Both the position numbers and the translations under genes were made by a program. The notes under the pieces were generated by a model. That model saw nothing but the letters and a program-made list of their open reading frames with translations, had not been told where the DNA came from and ran no database searches. From the human T2T-CHM13v2.0 reference genome, Homo sapiens: 64,000 nt of DNA. Numbering within the stretch: the stretch's first letter is position 1; each line of letters begins with the position of its first letter. The DNA is taken from assembly GCF_009914755.1 (NCBI RefSeq), contig NC_060929.1; one strand, written 5' to 3'. Shown piece after piece: positions 39,509-59,464 of this stretch.

Positions 39509-40258
39509 TTAAATTAGCTAGGTGCAGTGGCATGTGCCTGTAATCCCTGCTACTCAAAAGGCCAAGACAGGAGGATCGCTTGAGCCCAGGAGTTTAAGGC
39601 TGCAGTGAGCTGTGATCATGCCAGTGCACTCCAGCTTGGGCCACAGAGCGAGATCTGTCTCTTAAAAAAAAAAATTGACAGCACAAATTACCTCAGATAA
39701 ATTAATTATTATTCTTTTTTTTTTTTTTTTGAGACAGAGACTTGCTCTGTTGCCCAGGCTGTAGTGCAATGGCGTGATCTCAGCTCACTGCAACCTCCGC
39801 CTCTCAGGCCCAAGCAATTCTCCTGCCTCAGCCTCCCAAGAAAAGAAGCTGGGATTACAGGCATGCACCACCGTGCCTGGCTGATTTTTGTATTTTTAGC
39901 AGGTTTCACCATGTTGACCAGGCTGGTCTTGAACTCCTGGCCTCAAGTGATCCACCCGCCTAAGCCTTTCAATGTGCTGGGATTGCAGGTGTGAGCCACC
40001 ATGCCCCACCTGATCTCAGATAAATTAATTAAAATATATAATCAAAATAATGTCACAAACAGAATTATTAAGAATTATCAAGATGAGGCTGGGCGCGGTG
40101 GCTCATGCCTGTAATCCCAGCTCTTTGGGAGGCCGAGACGGGCAGATCATGAGGTCAGGAGATCGAGACCATCCTGGCTAACATGGTGAAACCCCATCTC
40201 CACTAAAAATACAAAAAAATTAGCCAGACGTGGTGGTGGGCACCTGTAGTCCCAGCTA

Positions 40259-40366
<108 letters not shown>

Positions 40367-40817
40367 TCAAAAAAAAAAAGAAAAAAAAAAAAGTACTATC
40401 AAGATGAAACATCTGTCATTCTTATTTTGCTATCAGTTTTAAGAATAGTATTTTTCTTACATAATAAAAGTCATCCTCATCAGGTACTCCTTTAAATGTC
40501 TTACTGTATATTGTTTTCATTGCAGTATAATATGAAAATTTGTTTCCAACAGATACATTGTAGCAAAAGAAAGAATACAGACTGCATATTTTGCAGTTAG
40601 GCTGCTGCTGACATTATTAATTATCCCATCATGGATAGGTCACCCTAATTTTTCTGAAAAATGCCTGTTCTTTGCTTGTGTTTATTTTGAAATAATACGA
40701 CTACTTGGGCTTAGGAATCAAAGGACTCTGCTTTCCATTTAAAATGTCTTTCTCGGCCGGGCGCAGTGGCTCAAGCTTGTAATCCCAGCACTTTGGGAGG
40801 CTGAGGCGGGCGAATCA

Positions 40818-41075
<258 letters not shown>

Positions 41076-42158
41076 CTAGATATAAGTCAATTGGGAATGA
41101 GTACACTTGAAATATTTAATATATAATAAGCTTCGATTAAATAACTTCTCTCTTTTTTTTTTTTGAGACGAAGTTTCGTTCTTGTTGCCCAGGCTGGAGT
41201 GCTATGGCGTGGTGGTGGGGGCCTGTAATCCCAGCCACTCAGGAGGCTGAGTCAGGAGAATTGCTTGAACCTGGGAGGCGGAGGTTGCAGTGAGCTGAGA
41301 TTGCACACTGCACTCCAGCCTGGGCAACGAGAGTGAAACTCTGTCTCAAAAAAAAAAAAAAAAGTAAAATTTAGAAGAAAAATATTACTGTCTTTATTAC
41401 TATAATACATATTAGTAATTAGTATCTCCTGGGGAATGCTGCTGTAGTTGTAACGCTTGTAGTTGGTCCTTCCTAGAATCATGTTCTCCGGTCTTTGTTC
41501 AGTGCCTTTGCTTATACAGAGAATCTCTTCTCACCCCATCCCCTACCTCCTAAATTCTTTATTCATACTTGGGGACCCAGCAGAAATGGCTTCTCTAGGA
41601 AGCATGCATGAGGCATACAGGCAGTCAGAGTTCAACTGTAGAATCGTTTCTTAGTGTGTAGACATGATTGATTATTCCCCTATTTAGACTGAACTCTCCT
41701 GGGCAAAGTTCTTGTCTTATTCTTCGTATTCCTAGTACCTAAAGCATGGTATTCTGTGTTTGCCAACAACATTCAGTGAATGCCAATATCAGGTGGGGTG
41801 GCAAAAAAAAAAAAAAAAAAGAAAAGAAAAGGTGGAATTTTGGAGCATTTGTGGCCTTAGGCAAGTCACTTTGCGAATTTTCCTGAGCCTCAGCTTCCTT
41901 GTCTGTAGAATGGGAATTGTACCCTGCAAGCCTGTGGGGAAGATTAGATAGAAGAGGGTTTAGCATTTTGGACTACATAAAAGATAATTTTGTTGTTATT
42001 TTTTACAAATGTGCTTGGCAGTTTTATTCACAGTACCCGATACTTAGAAACAACTCAGATATCCATCATTAGCTGAATATGTAAACAAAATGTAGAAAAT
42101 CCATATACTGGATGGAGCATTACCCACCAATAAAAAGGAACAAATAGTGAAACAACCC

Positions 42159-42350
42159 TGCCACTTAGCAGTTTATTAGTTGGCTCCAAGTTCACCCTCC
42201 CGTACTTGCTCTGCTTTGACTAAATAACTTCTGAAGTATGTATTTCAGCTGGTGAAGAGCTGGACTCTTTCACCTTTGCAGTGAACAACATGTTGGGCTT
42301 TGTCAATAGAGGGCACTAGAGGGACATTACAGAGGAAAGGGGCTTCTTAG
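42159..42350. mobile_element. LTR41-like (ERVL) fragment carrying a CTCF-like motif
   Basis: GCTCCAAGTTCACCCT...GCTTTGTCAATAGAGGGCACTAGAGGGACA...GGGGCTTC resembles the LTR41 consensus as I remember it. Confidence 0.65.
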
Positions 42351-43225
42351 ATTTGGTGGACTTTTCTTTTTTTAAGTTTTTAAATATTATCATGGTGTCT
42401 TAACATGCCAATAATGTTGACCTACGGAATTGGTATAATCTCAAAATCTTAGGTGTCAGTGTTAAATATATGTTTCACTTTTACTTCATCGTCACCCCAA
42501 GCAAAAAAAGAAAAACCTGAATGTGAAAAGAATGAAGTCTTATAATATTTCTAAACTAAAAAAGGGATTGAATCCCAGTATTCTTCAGCAAACTTCAAAA
42601 TACTGTCACCTTAATATGTTTTTAATACATGTGATATTTTTGTAGGTCTAGAATTGTGAAATCAATTCTCTTAAACATCTTATTATAGAAGTGTCTGCTG
42701 CTATCCTTTGAGCACTAACCCCACCACCTGTAATGCATCATGCCAATATAAGTGATAGAATTGCTTTGCTAAATTCTTAAGGGCTTATGTCAGGGAAAAA
42801 CTTTGAAATTAGCTGGGTACAGTGGCTCATGCCTATAATCTCAGTGCTTTGGGAGGCCAAGGTGGGAGAATCACTTGGCTGGGAGACCAGCCTGAGCAAT
42901 TCAGCAAGACCCCTTCTCTACAAAAACTGCAAAACTTAGCCAGGTTTGGTGGCACACGCCTGTAGTCATAGCTACTGGGAAGACTGAGGTGGAAGAGGAG
43001 GATCTCTTGAGGCCCAGAGTTCAAGGCGGCAGTGAGCTATAATCTGCACTGCACTCCAGCCTAGGTGACAGAGCGAGATCCTGACTCAAAACAAGACAAG
43101 CCTTGAAATCAAAGTTGATTTTTACAAAAGCCTCAATGGTAGGAGTTTTAGATTTCTTAAAATAATAGCACACTAATGGAGTGCGTGATTTTCTTTAGAT
43201 TAAATGTTTACATATTTATACCATC

Positions 43226-43553
43226 TGTATTAGTTTCCTAGGGTTGCCATAATAAATTACCACAAACCGGGTGGCTTAAAGTAACAGAACTATATTCTCT
43301 CACAGTTCTGGAGGCCAGCAGTCTAAAGTCAGTCTGTCTTCAGGTCCATACTCTGGATGTTCTAGGGGAGAATCCTTCCTTGCCTCTTCCAACTTTGGTG
43401 GATGTCAGCATTCCTTGGCTCCTTTGGTTTGTGGCTACATCACTCCAGCATCTGCCTCCATCTTTGTATCACCTTCTCTGTGTGTGTCTTCTCTTTTGTG
43501 TCTTATATGGCCACTTGTCATTAAACTTGCCCATCCACGTAACCCAAAGATGA
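43226..43553 (-). mobile_element. MLT1 (MaLR) LTR fragment
   Basis: TGTATTAGTTTCCTAGGG...ACCACAAACCGGGTGGCTTAAA...CTCACAGTTCTGGAGGC...CTAGGGGAGAATCCTTCCTTGCCTCTTCC. Confidence 0.85.
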
Positions 43554-44463
43554 TTTTTTTTTTTGAGACGGACTACAGACACGTGCCACCACGCCCGGCA
43601 AATTTTTTGTTTTTTAGTAGAGATGGGGTTTCACGTTGTTAGCCAGGATGGTCTCAATCTCCTGACCTCGTGATCTGCCCGCCTCAGCCTTCCAAAGTGC
43701 TGGGATTACAGGTATGAGCCACTGCGCCCAGCCAGTAAATTCTTTTTATTACTGTAGTAGATGATACTTGATTAAATGCCATCTCGGGTGCTTTCATTGT
43801 CAACAAAGGTGCTCCCATCTCTAAGCTTACATAAAATGTAATTTTAAAAAGACATTTCTTTAGATGTACCTGTTCACATTTTTGTTAATAGTCTCTCATG
43901 TCTAGTTTTGGAGGCTGGAATGTTCAAGGGAGCCACAAAAATCTCTGTCAGTTGGTGTTTTGAATAATTGTTCTGAAATATACTCCCAGGCTTGAAACTT
44001 GGATCTGGCCTTTTTTTTTTTTTTTTAACTTGAATTTTTTTTTTTTTTTTTGCTCTTATGTTATTCATATGAATTTTGCAAATAGAGAGCCAGTCTTGTA
44101 GCATAGTAAAATTTAACAGTTTATGTGACTATTGATCTACCCATCTTATAGAGATTGTCTGTCTGTAGGAAGACGGTGGTAACCGTGGTCAGACTCATCA
44201 TTTTGAACACTCTAGGTTAGTGTTGGAGAATTTGTAAAACAGAAACTTAACCACCTGTGCTTTGAAAGAGTAAAGTCCATGAAAAGTATTACTTTTAAGT
44301 TTCAAGGATTTACAGTTTTAGGTTAACAGTTTTTACATATTGTATTTCAAAACATCAGAGTACTGAAACTTACCTGTATGCTTCTTACTAAAAATAGTTC
44401 ATGCAGGTTCTTTTGGGTGATCATAGTTTTACAGAGTATAGTAGAAAACAGGATGCCAGTTAG

Positions 44464-44829
<366 letters not shown>

Positions 44830-45498
44830 TAAGTAGCACAGAAACACACCAAGTTAATGATACTAGCATTCATCTCCCCCCACCACCACATTTTCTCAAG
44901 CTTCGTACTGCGGTACATGTGTGATTAGTGTTACAGAAGAGGGTGTCAGTAACCCAGCAAATAAGTTCTTTAGGTTTCTGGTTTGCTATGTAGTTACTAA
45001 GGAGGGATTCAGCTGGTGGAGGAGATCCTTGCGCAAATGCCAGGAAGGAAGCCCTTTTCCTCGCATTTCAGTGTTTCCTTTGAAGCCTAGTGAGGGTGAA
45101 GTCTTTTGGCATAGGTGCTCCACCATCTGTCTATTCACATAGACTCTTCCCATCTACCTGGCTATGTGCCACCCTTGTTGTGGACATAGAGTGGGTAGAG
45201 AGCAGAGACCACTGCTTCAGTAACTAAAAATAGATGGAATTTCAGATCCTGACAGAGATTCTCTGTGGAGTCGCTACCACTGCTCCTCATCTCCTGGAGT
45301 TAGTTGCAAGGAACAGCTGTTTGTCTGATCTGCTTTTGGTACTATGTATACTTCCTAATACTTTTGTTCCCCTACTTGCTATAGAAGTAGAAGTAGTTTT
45401 ACTGGAATACCTACGATTTTCCTGTCCTGTCTCTCTCATTCACTTAGTTATTTTCTGCCTTGGCTCTGGTTGCCAAAATTCTAAACTTCTGTTTTGTG

Positions 45499-45501
<3 letters not shown>

Positions 45502-45534
<33 letters not shown>
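45502..45534. repeat. (TG)n microsatellite
   Basis: Read directly from the sequence. Confidence 0.95.
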
Positions 45535-45537
<3 letters not shown>

Positions 45538-46003
45538 GACAGGGTCTTGCTCTGTTGTCCAGGCTAGACTGCAGTGGCACAATCACGGCTCACTGCAGCC
45601 TTGACCCTCTGGGCTTAAGTGATCCTCCCACCTCAGCCTTCCCAGTAGCTGGGACAGCAGGTGTGTGCTACCATACCTGGCTTTTTAAAAAAATTTTTGT
45701 AGAGATAGGGTCTTGCTGTGTGGCCCAGGCTGCTCTCAAACTCCTGTATTCAAGTGATCCTCCTGCCCCAGCTTCCTAAAGTGCTGGAATTACAGACAGC
45801 CACCCCACTCTGCTAAACTTCTGTTTTGTTAGGTATATGATCCCATGGCTGCAGTATCAGAGAATGAGGTTATTGCCTTTCCATGTACCTTATTTCGTTG
45901 ACTCTGAAACACATCAATTGAAAGATGTACCATTATTCTACTAAGAAGGAAAGTATATTTAGTGCCAATTAAGCTGACATGCCATTGATTATATGCAGCT
46001 TGA

Positions 46004-46165
<162 letters not shown>

Positions 46166-46221
46166 TGAATTACAGGTGTGTGCCACCACACCCAGCTAAT
46201 TTTTGTATTTTAATTTTTTAA

Positions 46222-46551
<330 letters not shown>

Positions 46552-47505
46552 TAGCAAGGCTAGGCTGGTTTGGGAACTCCTGACCTCAAGATGATCCGCC
46601 CACCTTGGCCTCCCAAAGTGCTGGGATTACAGGCATGAACAACTGTGTCCAGCCTCAGCTATGTTTTTTTTAAAAAGTCTTACAATCAGTGACAGTCACT
46701 GTAATTGTAACTATCTGGTTCTTCAACAGATATTTACTGGGCAGTTTTCATGGACCAGGCACTGTGCAAAAAGCTGGAAGTCAGGTCCCTATTTGTTACT
46801 GGGTCAAGAGACATTAAATAATCACATAGATGTTGGGCGCGGTGGCTCACATCTGTAATCCCAGCACTTTGGAAGGCCGCGGTGGGCAGATCACGAGGTC
46901 AGGAGTTCGAGACCAGCCTGGCCAACATGGTGAAACCCTGTCTCTACTAAAGATACAAAAAATTAGCCGGGCATGGTGGCACGCGCCTGTAATCCCAGCT
47001 ACTCGGGAGGCTGAGGCAGGAGAATTGCTTGAACCTGGGAGGCAGAGTTGCAGTGAGCTGAGATCATGCCGTTGCACACCTGCCTGGGCAACAGAGCGAG
47101 ACTCCCTCTCAAAAAAAAAAAAAAAAGTTGTTCCCATAGATAAGGCTCATGTCTGTAATCTTAGTACTTTTTTTTGAGACAGAGTCTCACTCTTGTCACC
47201 CAGCATTGAGTGCAATGGAGCAACCATAGCTTACTGCAGCCTCAACTTCCTGGGCTCAGGTGATTCTCCAGGCATGTACCATCATGCCCAGCTAATTTTT
47301 TGTATTTTTATTAGAGGTGGGGTTACATCATGTTGCCCAGGCTGGTCTCGAACTCCCGGGCTCAAGTGTTACGCCCACCTCAGCCTTCCAAAGTGCTGAG
47401 ATTACAGTCGTGAGTCACCCTGCCTGGCCAATCCTATCATTTTGAATGGCTGAGGAGAGTGGATGGCTTGAGTCCAGGAGTATAAGGCCAGCTGGGACAG
47501 CGTAA

Positions 47506-47716
<211 letters not shown>

Positions 47717-48294
47717 TAGCCAGATGATCTCGATCTCCTGACGTCATGATCCACCCATCTCAGCCTCCCAAAGTGCTGGGATTACAGGCGTGAGCCACCG
47801 TGCCCAGCCACTACAAAATATTTTTTAAAATAAGCAACACCCAGGTGTGGTGGCATGTGCTGGTAGTCTCAGCTCACTCGGGATGCTAAGGCAGTATTGC
47901 ATGAGCGTAGTTTAAGGTTTCAGTGAGCTATGATTCACACCACTGTTCTCCAGCCTGAGCGACAGAGTGAGACTCTGTCTCAAATAATAATAATCACACA
48001 GACAAATAGGAACTGTATAAAGTTGTTAAAGCAACCTGGGCTTTACCGTAGTACTTAATAAGAAATAAATTGAAATGGCGGAAAAGGGCTTCTGGGAAGG
48101 TCTCTAAGGGCAATATTTAAGTGAAGCCTGAAGGTGGATGTGGGGGAGGAGAGGATGGGAAGAATATTCTAGGCAGAGTGTTCCTATAGTCCTGGAGTGG
48201 TTGAAATTTAAAAGTTAATTAAGAAAAAGTAGACTGGGCGTGGTGGCTCACGCCTGTAATCCCAGCACTTTGGGAGGCCGAGGCGGGTGGATCA

Positions 48295-49940
<1,646 letters not shown>

Positions 49941-50340
49941 TAGCCAGGATGGTCTTGATCTCCTGACCTCATGATCTGCCCGCCTCGGCCTCCCAAAGTG
50001 CTGGGATTACAGGCGTGAGCCACTGCGCCCGGCTTTTTTTTCTTTTTTTTTTTTTTGAAGACGGCGTCTCGCTTTGTCGCCCGGGCTGGAGTGCAATGGC
50101 ACGATCTTGGCTCACTCCATCTTCCGCCTCTTGGGTTCCAGTGATTCTCCCGCTTCAGCCTCCCTAGTAGCTGGGATTACAGGCATGTGCCACCACACCC
50201 GGGTAATTTTTGTATTTTTAGTAGAGACGGGGTTTCACCATGTTGGCCAGACTGGTCTCAAACTCCTGACCTCAGGTGATCCACCTGCCTAAGCCTCTCA
50301 GAGTGTTGGGATTACAGGCATGAACCATTGCATCCGGCCA

Positions 50341-50693
<353 letters not shown>

Positions 50694-50696
50694 TCA

Positions 50697-51479
<783 letters not shown>

Positions 51480-51493
51480 TATTCTCTTCATAA

Positions 51494-51892
<399 letters not shown>

Positions 51893-51984
51893 TAGCCCAA
51901 AACACCTTTTTCATTCAAGTTCAGTAATTACATCATAATATATTGTGTATGTCACTATAAACTAACTTTTTTTTTTTTTTTTGA

Positions 51985-52143
<159 letters not shown>

Positions 52144-52856
52144 TAGTAGAGACAGGGCTTCTCCATGTTGGTTAGGCTGGTCTCGAACTCCGCACCTCAC
52201 ATGATCCACCCACCTCAGCCTCCCAAAGTGCTGGGATTACAGGTGTGAGCCACGGTGCCCGGCTGCGTGCAGGTCTTTTTTTTTTTTTTTTGAGACAGAG
52301 TTTTACCCCATCCCCCAAGATGGTTGGAGTACAGTGGTGAGATTATAGCTCACTGCAGCCCCAAACTTCTGGGCTCAAGTAATCTTACTGCCTCAGCCTC
52401 CTGAGTAGCTAGTACTACAGGAATGTGCTACCACATCCCCGCTAATTTTTGTTGTTGTTGTTGTTAATTTTTTGTAGAGACAGGGTCTCACTTTGTTGAC
52501 CAAACTGATCTCGAGCTCCTGGGCTGAAGCAGTCCTCCAGCCTCAGCCTCTCAAAGTGCTGGGATTATAGCCATGAGTCCCTGTGCCTGGCCTATAGACT
52601 TTCTGTTTCCTGCCGCTATTGGTGATTGGGCTGAATGGACTAGACTTCCTTTTGGAAATTTTTTATGTGCCTTTGTAAGTATTTGAGCACTAATTCTGGT
52701 TGGTACCCTACTAAGCATTAATCCACTCAGACATTTGAGTGCCTCTAATGTTCCAGTCTCTACAGAATGCAGTGAAGAATATGATATACCTTGTCTCTCA
52801 TTCAAGGAGTCATAATTAAACATTAAAGGGGTAGAGAAGAGTTTGTGCAGAGGTTA

Positions 52857-53042
<186 letters not shown>

Positions 53043-53723
53043 CTATATAGTACCATATATGATACTAGATTTGTATAGTACAGTTAATAAAATAGCTTCC
53101 TAGGAAAAGGAGGCCCATAGAGAATAAAGAGTTAAGATCTTTTTCATCCTAAGAAAGATAAGTCTATTCTTTTTAATTGCAAATGTTTAATGTTGATGTT
53201 TTAAAACCATAACTGCTGTTGTGAAGATAAAGATTATCTGGGGTCTAGCTTAGAATTTTTTTTTTTTTTTAAATCTCAGAATTTCATATTGGTTTCTCCT
53301 TTGTGAAACTTTAAACGTGGTAGGCAAATTTTAATGTGTAAACTGCAATTTATTGGATATAAATAACTTATAAGATGGAACTCACTGACTTTAAAACTGC
53401 TTTTCCCATAGCTGACTTTTCTTACTTAACAGTGATAGACCTTATTCTCTGACTTCCTGATTCTAACTAACACCCTCCACCCCCTCTTCAAGTGTAGATC
53501 TGGTTTTGTATTTAAGGTCAATGATGAGTCTAAAAAAGAATTTTCTTAGGCTGGACACAGTGGCTTACGCCTGTAATCCCCACACTTTGGGAGGCCGAGG
53601 CGGGCGGATCACGAGGTCAGGAGATGGAGACCATCCTGGCTAACATAGTGAAACCCTGTCTCTACTAAAAATACAAAAAATTAGCCGGGCGTGGTGGTGG
53701 GTGCCTGTAGTCCCAGCTACTCA

Positions 53724-53849
<126 letters not shown>

Positions 53850-54042
53850 TTAAAATGTCTATAGTTTTTTGAATTATTTGTTTTATGTTAGGGTAATCAG
53901 CATCTTCTTTTGTTAAACAGAATTTTAGTCCGTTTACTTTATCAGCATAAATACAATATAGTGCCTTGTTTAGTTTTTATAAAAAAATCTTTTTAGAGAC
54001 AGAGTCTGTTGCCTAGGCTGAAGTACAGTGGCACTATCATAG

Positions 54043-55095
54043 TGTTAACAGGGGTCCTTGCTCCCAGAGCTCTCAAGATGGTGGTGGGCCACTTCCACGA
54101 TGTTGGCAAGCCTCGTGTTCTCTGACCTGGGGTTGTTGGCCTCATGGATTCCAAGGAATGGAATCTTCGGCCATGCTGTGAGTGTTATATCTCTATTAGA
54201 AGCTGTGGGTCACGGAAGAGAACCGTAGAACCCAGTGACTAGTGTTCCAGCTGGATAGGATGAACCCAGGCACTTAGCCATGCAGGAACAATGGCAAGCC
54301 TTTAGCCCAATCGGGAGTGGCAATGGGTGCCTCACTGGATCAGGAGCACAGTGGACACCCTGCTCCATCCGGAGGGATGGAAGTCAGCAGCGGCTCTGCG
54401 ACAGCAGCAAACAGTAGTGGTGGAAAGCGAGCGAAAGCTCAGCTCAAGCCATAACAAACATGGATGAGGCCGTGGTGGCTCACGCCTGTATTCCCAGCAC
54501 TTTGGGAGGCCGAGATGGGCAGATCACGAGGTCAGGAGATTGAGACCATCCTGGCTAAGATGGCGAAACCCCGTCTCTACTAAAAATAAAAAAAATAGCC
54601 GGGCGTGGTGGCGGGCACCACCAGCAACTTGGGAGGCTGAGGCAGGAGAATGGCATGAACTTGGGAGGCGGAGCTTGCAGTGAGCCAAGGTCGCGCCACT
54701 GCACTCCAGCCTGGCCGACAGAGCAAGACCCCATCTCAAAAAAAAAAAAAAAAAAAAAACGGACCAGAAGAGTGCGGTTGCAAGATTTAATAGAGTGAAA
54801 TAGAGTGAAAACAGAGCTCCCATACAAAGGGAGGGGACCCAAAGAGGGTAGCCATTGCCAGCTCAAATGCCTGGGTTTATATCCAGATCATTGTCCCTCC
54901 TGCTGTGCTCTCAGGCAGTAGATGATTAGCTATTTCTTTACCTCCTGTTTTTGCCTAATTAGCATTTTAGTGAGCTCTCTGATTGGTCGGGTATTAGCTA
55001 AGTTGCGAGCCCCGTATTTAAAGGTGGACGCGGTCACCTTCCCAGCTAGGCTTAGGGATTCTTGGTCTAGGAAATCCAGCTAGTCCTGTCTCTCC
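54043..55095 (-). mobile_element. Solo LTR17 (HERV-W LTR), inserted into an older Alu and interrupted by an AluY
   Basis: The minus strand begins GAGAGACAGGACTAGCTGGATTTCCTAG, contains GATATAAACCCAG and ATTAAATCTTGCAAC, and ends GCAAGGACCCCTGTTAACA. TSD ATAG at 54039-54042 and 55096-55099. Confidence 0.93.
54468..54759 (+). mobile_element. AluY nested in LTR17
   Basis: AluY diagnostics (ACCATCCTGGCTAA, GAATGGCATGAAC, GGAGCTTGCAGTG). LTR17 resumes at CGGACCAGAAG after the A-tail. Confidence 0.9.
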
Positions 55096-55311
55096 ATAGC
55101 TCACTGCAGTCTCCAACTCCTGGGCACAAGTGATCCCCCAGCCTCAGCCTCCCAAGTGGCTGGGATTACAGATGTGTGCCACCATGCCTGGCTAAATGTT
55201 TCTATTTTGTAGAGATGGAGTCTTGCTGTGTTGCCTAGGCTGGTCTTGAACTCCTGGCCTCAAGCAGTCTTACTGCCTCAGCCTCCACTGCACCTGCCTT
55301 GCCTTGTTTAG

Positions 55312-55583
<272 letters not shown>

Positions 55584-56130
55584 TGATAGTGTAAGCTTTT
55601 AATTTTTATCTAAATATAGTAGTACAACAAATTAGATTATATAAATGACAAATTTTGCTAATATCTTTATATAACATATCATTAAAAGGGATAGGCTTCA
55701 TGAGAAAAATCTTTTTTACCTAGAGAAAATATTGTAATCCAAAAATTAAGTATTAGCTGTATATTTGATCACTACTGGAAGCTGTCAACATTGTCACACA
55801 GATCGTATTTTTAAAGGATTTCCTGGAACCTGATGTAACTTCTTTTGTTTTTTGAGATAGGGTCTTGCCCTGTCACCCAGGGTGAAGTGCAGTGGCTACT
55901 CATTGCAGCCTCGACCTCCTGGGCTCAAGTGATCCTCCCAGTTGTAGATCCTCCTGCTTGTAGTTCCAGCGACTCAGCCTCCTGAATAGCTGGGACTACA
56001 GGTGCACACCACCATGCCCAGCTGATTTTTAAATGTTTTGTAGAGACAAGGTCTCCCTATGTTGCCCAGGCTGGTCTCAAACTCCTGGGCTGAAGCTATC
56101 CTCCCTTGGCCTCCCAAAGTGCTGACATTA

Positions 56131-56511
<381 letters not shown>

Positions 56512-56820
56512 CTACTTGGGAGGCTGAGGTGGGAGAATTGCTTAAACCTGGGAGGTGGAGGTTGCAGTGAGCCGAGATCCTCCAGCCTGTGCGACAGTGA
56601 GACCCTGTCTCAAAAAAATAGCCAAAAAACAACAGTTGCATACAGTGTTTGTTTTGATGGAAACAATTATTGAAATGAAGGCTGTCTAGAGTTTTTAAAA
56701 TACACTTAGAAAGTAGTGATTTATTTAGAAGAAAATGGCTTTAATAGTTGAAACATCTCAATAAATAGCAAAATTAAATAGCAAATCATTTGTTGTATGA
56801 AACATTAACTATAGGGTTGA

Positions 56821-57054
<234 letters not shown>

Positions 57055-57258
57055 TAGTCAGGATGGTCTTGATCTCCTGACCTTGTGGTCCGTCCTCCTT
57101 GGCCTCCCAAAGTGCTGGGATTACAGGCGTGAGCCATTGCACCTGGCCAGGGGTTGGTACTTTCTAGTTAAAATGTTTACCTAATACTCGTGTATAAAAA
57201 TATTTACCAAATCGTTGTGATAGTGAAAAATAGGAAATAAAGGATCTGTTGTGGTTTA

Positions 57259-57540
<282 letters not shown>

Positions 57541-57845
57541 CTAGATCTACCTTTGTATCTTTGTGGAAAAATATCTCAATATTTTGAGGGAAAGCAAAGT
57601 ACAGAAGAGTACATGCCATGTAACGCTATCTAAATAAAAGTTTAAAAACATGTAAACAGTACTGTCTTGTTTATGGACTCTTAGAAAAAAGTATAAAAGA
57701 ATGCATGGGAATGATAAACACTGTATATTTAGGGTATTAATCAGTTCTGGGAGGGTACACAGGGGACGTAGATCCTAAGATAGTATGGCGATGTTAAGAC
57801 TGGGCAAAGCTGGGTTGTAAGTTCATGGTGGGTATTTTCTCTTCT

Positions 57846-57878
<33 letters not shown>

Positions 57879-59055
57879 AGATGTAGTCTTGCTCTGTCGC
57901 CCAGGCTGGAGTGCAGTGGCGCGATCTTGGCTCATTGCAATGTCCGCCTCCCGGGTTCCAGTGATTCTTCTGCCTCAGCCTCCTGAATAGCTGGGATTAT
58001 AGGCATGTGCCACCATGCCCAGCTAATTATGCATTTTTAGTAGAGAGGGGGGCGTTTCTCCATGCTGGTCAGGCTGGTCTCGAACTCCTGACCTCAGGTG
58101 ATCCGCCTGCCTCAACATCCCAAAGTGCTGGGATTACAGGTGTGAGCCACTGTGCCCAACCTATGGTGGGTATTTTCTTTTTCTCTCTCTCTTTTTTTTT
58201 TTTAAGACGGAGTTTCGCTGTTGTTGCCCAGGCTGGAGTGCATGGTGCAATCTCGGCTCACCATAACCTGCACTTCCTGGGTTCAAGCAATTCTCCTGCC
58301 TCAGCCTCCCAAGTAGCTGGTATTACAGGCATGCACCACCACGCCCAGCTAACTTTGTGTTTTTAGTAGAGACAGGGTTTCTCCATGCTGGTCAGGCTGG
58401 TCTCAAGCTCCCGACCTCAGGTGATCCACCCACCTCAGCCTCCCAAAGTGCTGGGATTACAGGCATGAGCCACCGCACCTGACCCATGGTGGGTATTTTC
58501 TATACTTTTAGTTGCTTTGAATCTTTTTAGAGGGAATACACAGTTTAATCTCAGATAAGCTTACCATGTCTGCTTATAGTTAGTTCAGGGAGAGATTGAT
58601 ATTGATACATGTTTCCATCGGTTTGTCTGTCTTTATACTAGAAGGCAACAATATTAAGAGAGAAATAGAAAATGAGAAAATGAGAGTGCTAAGGGATTAA
58701 GTCTATCAGCTGCAGATGATTTGATTTGTCAAATTATGTCTTTCAAACTCATGTAAGTTAATGAGTTACTAATATTTCCTGAGTTTTAAAAACTCATAAT
58801 TTTAAAATATGTAAGCAGTTGTTTTTAAATATTAGCTTAAGTGTTATGCTGGGAACATAAGCAAGTAGTAAAAATTAAATTGTTTCTGTTGCAACCCTAG
58901 TTAAGATAGGAGTGAGGCAGGGAGAATGCAGGTACTATAGTAATGACAGACTGCTCCCCTTCAATCTGTCTTGAAAACCTGGGGCCGGGCGCGGTGGCTC
59001 ATGCCTGTAATTCCAGCACTTTGGGAGGCCGAGGCGGGCGGATCCCTTGAGGTCA

Positions 59056-59379
<324 letters not shown>

Positions 59380-59464
59380 TCAAATCTTCTTGGTAGTGAG
59401 TTTTCTAGTATCACCTTTTATCTCTGATGCTTTTTAACTCATCAGACATAAAAGTAATGAGCTC

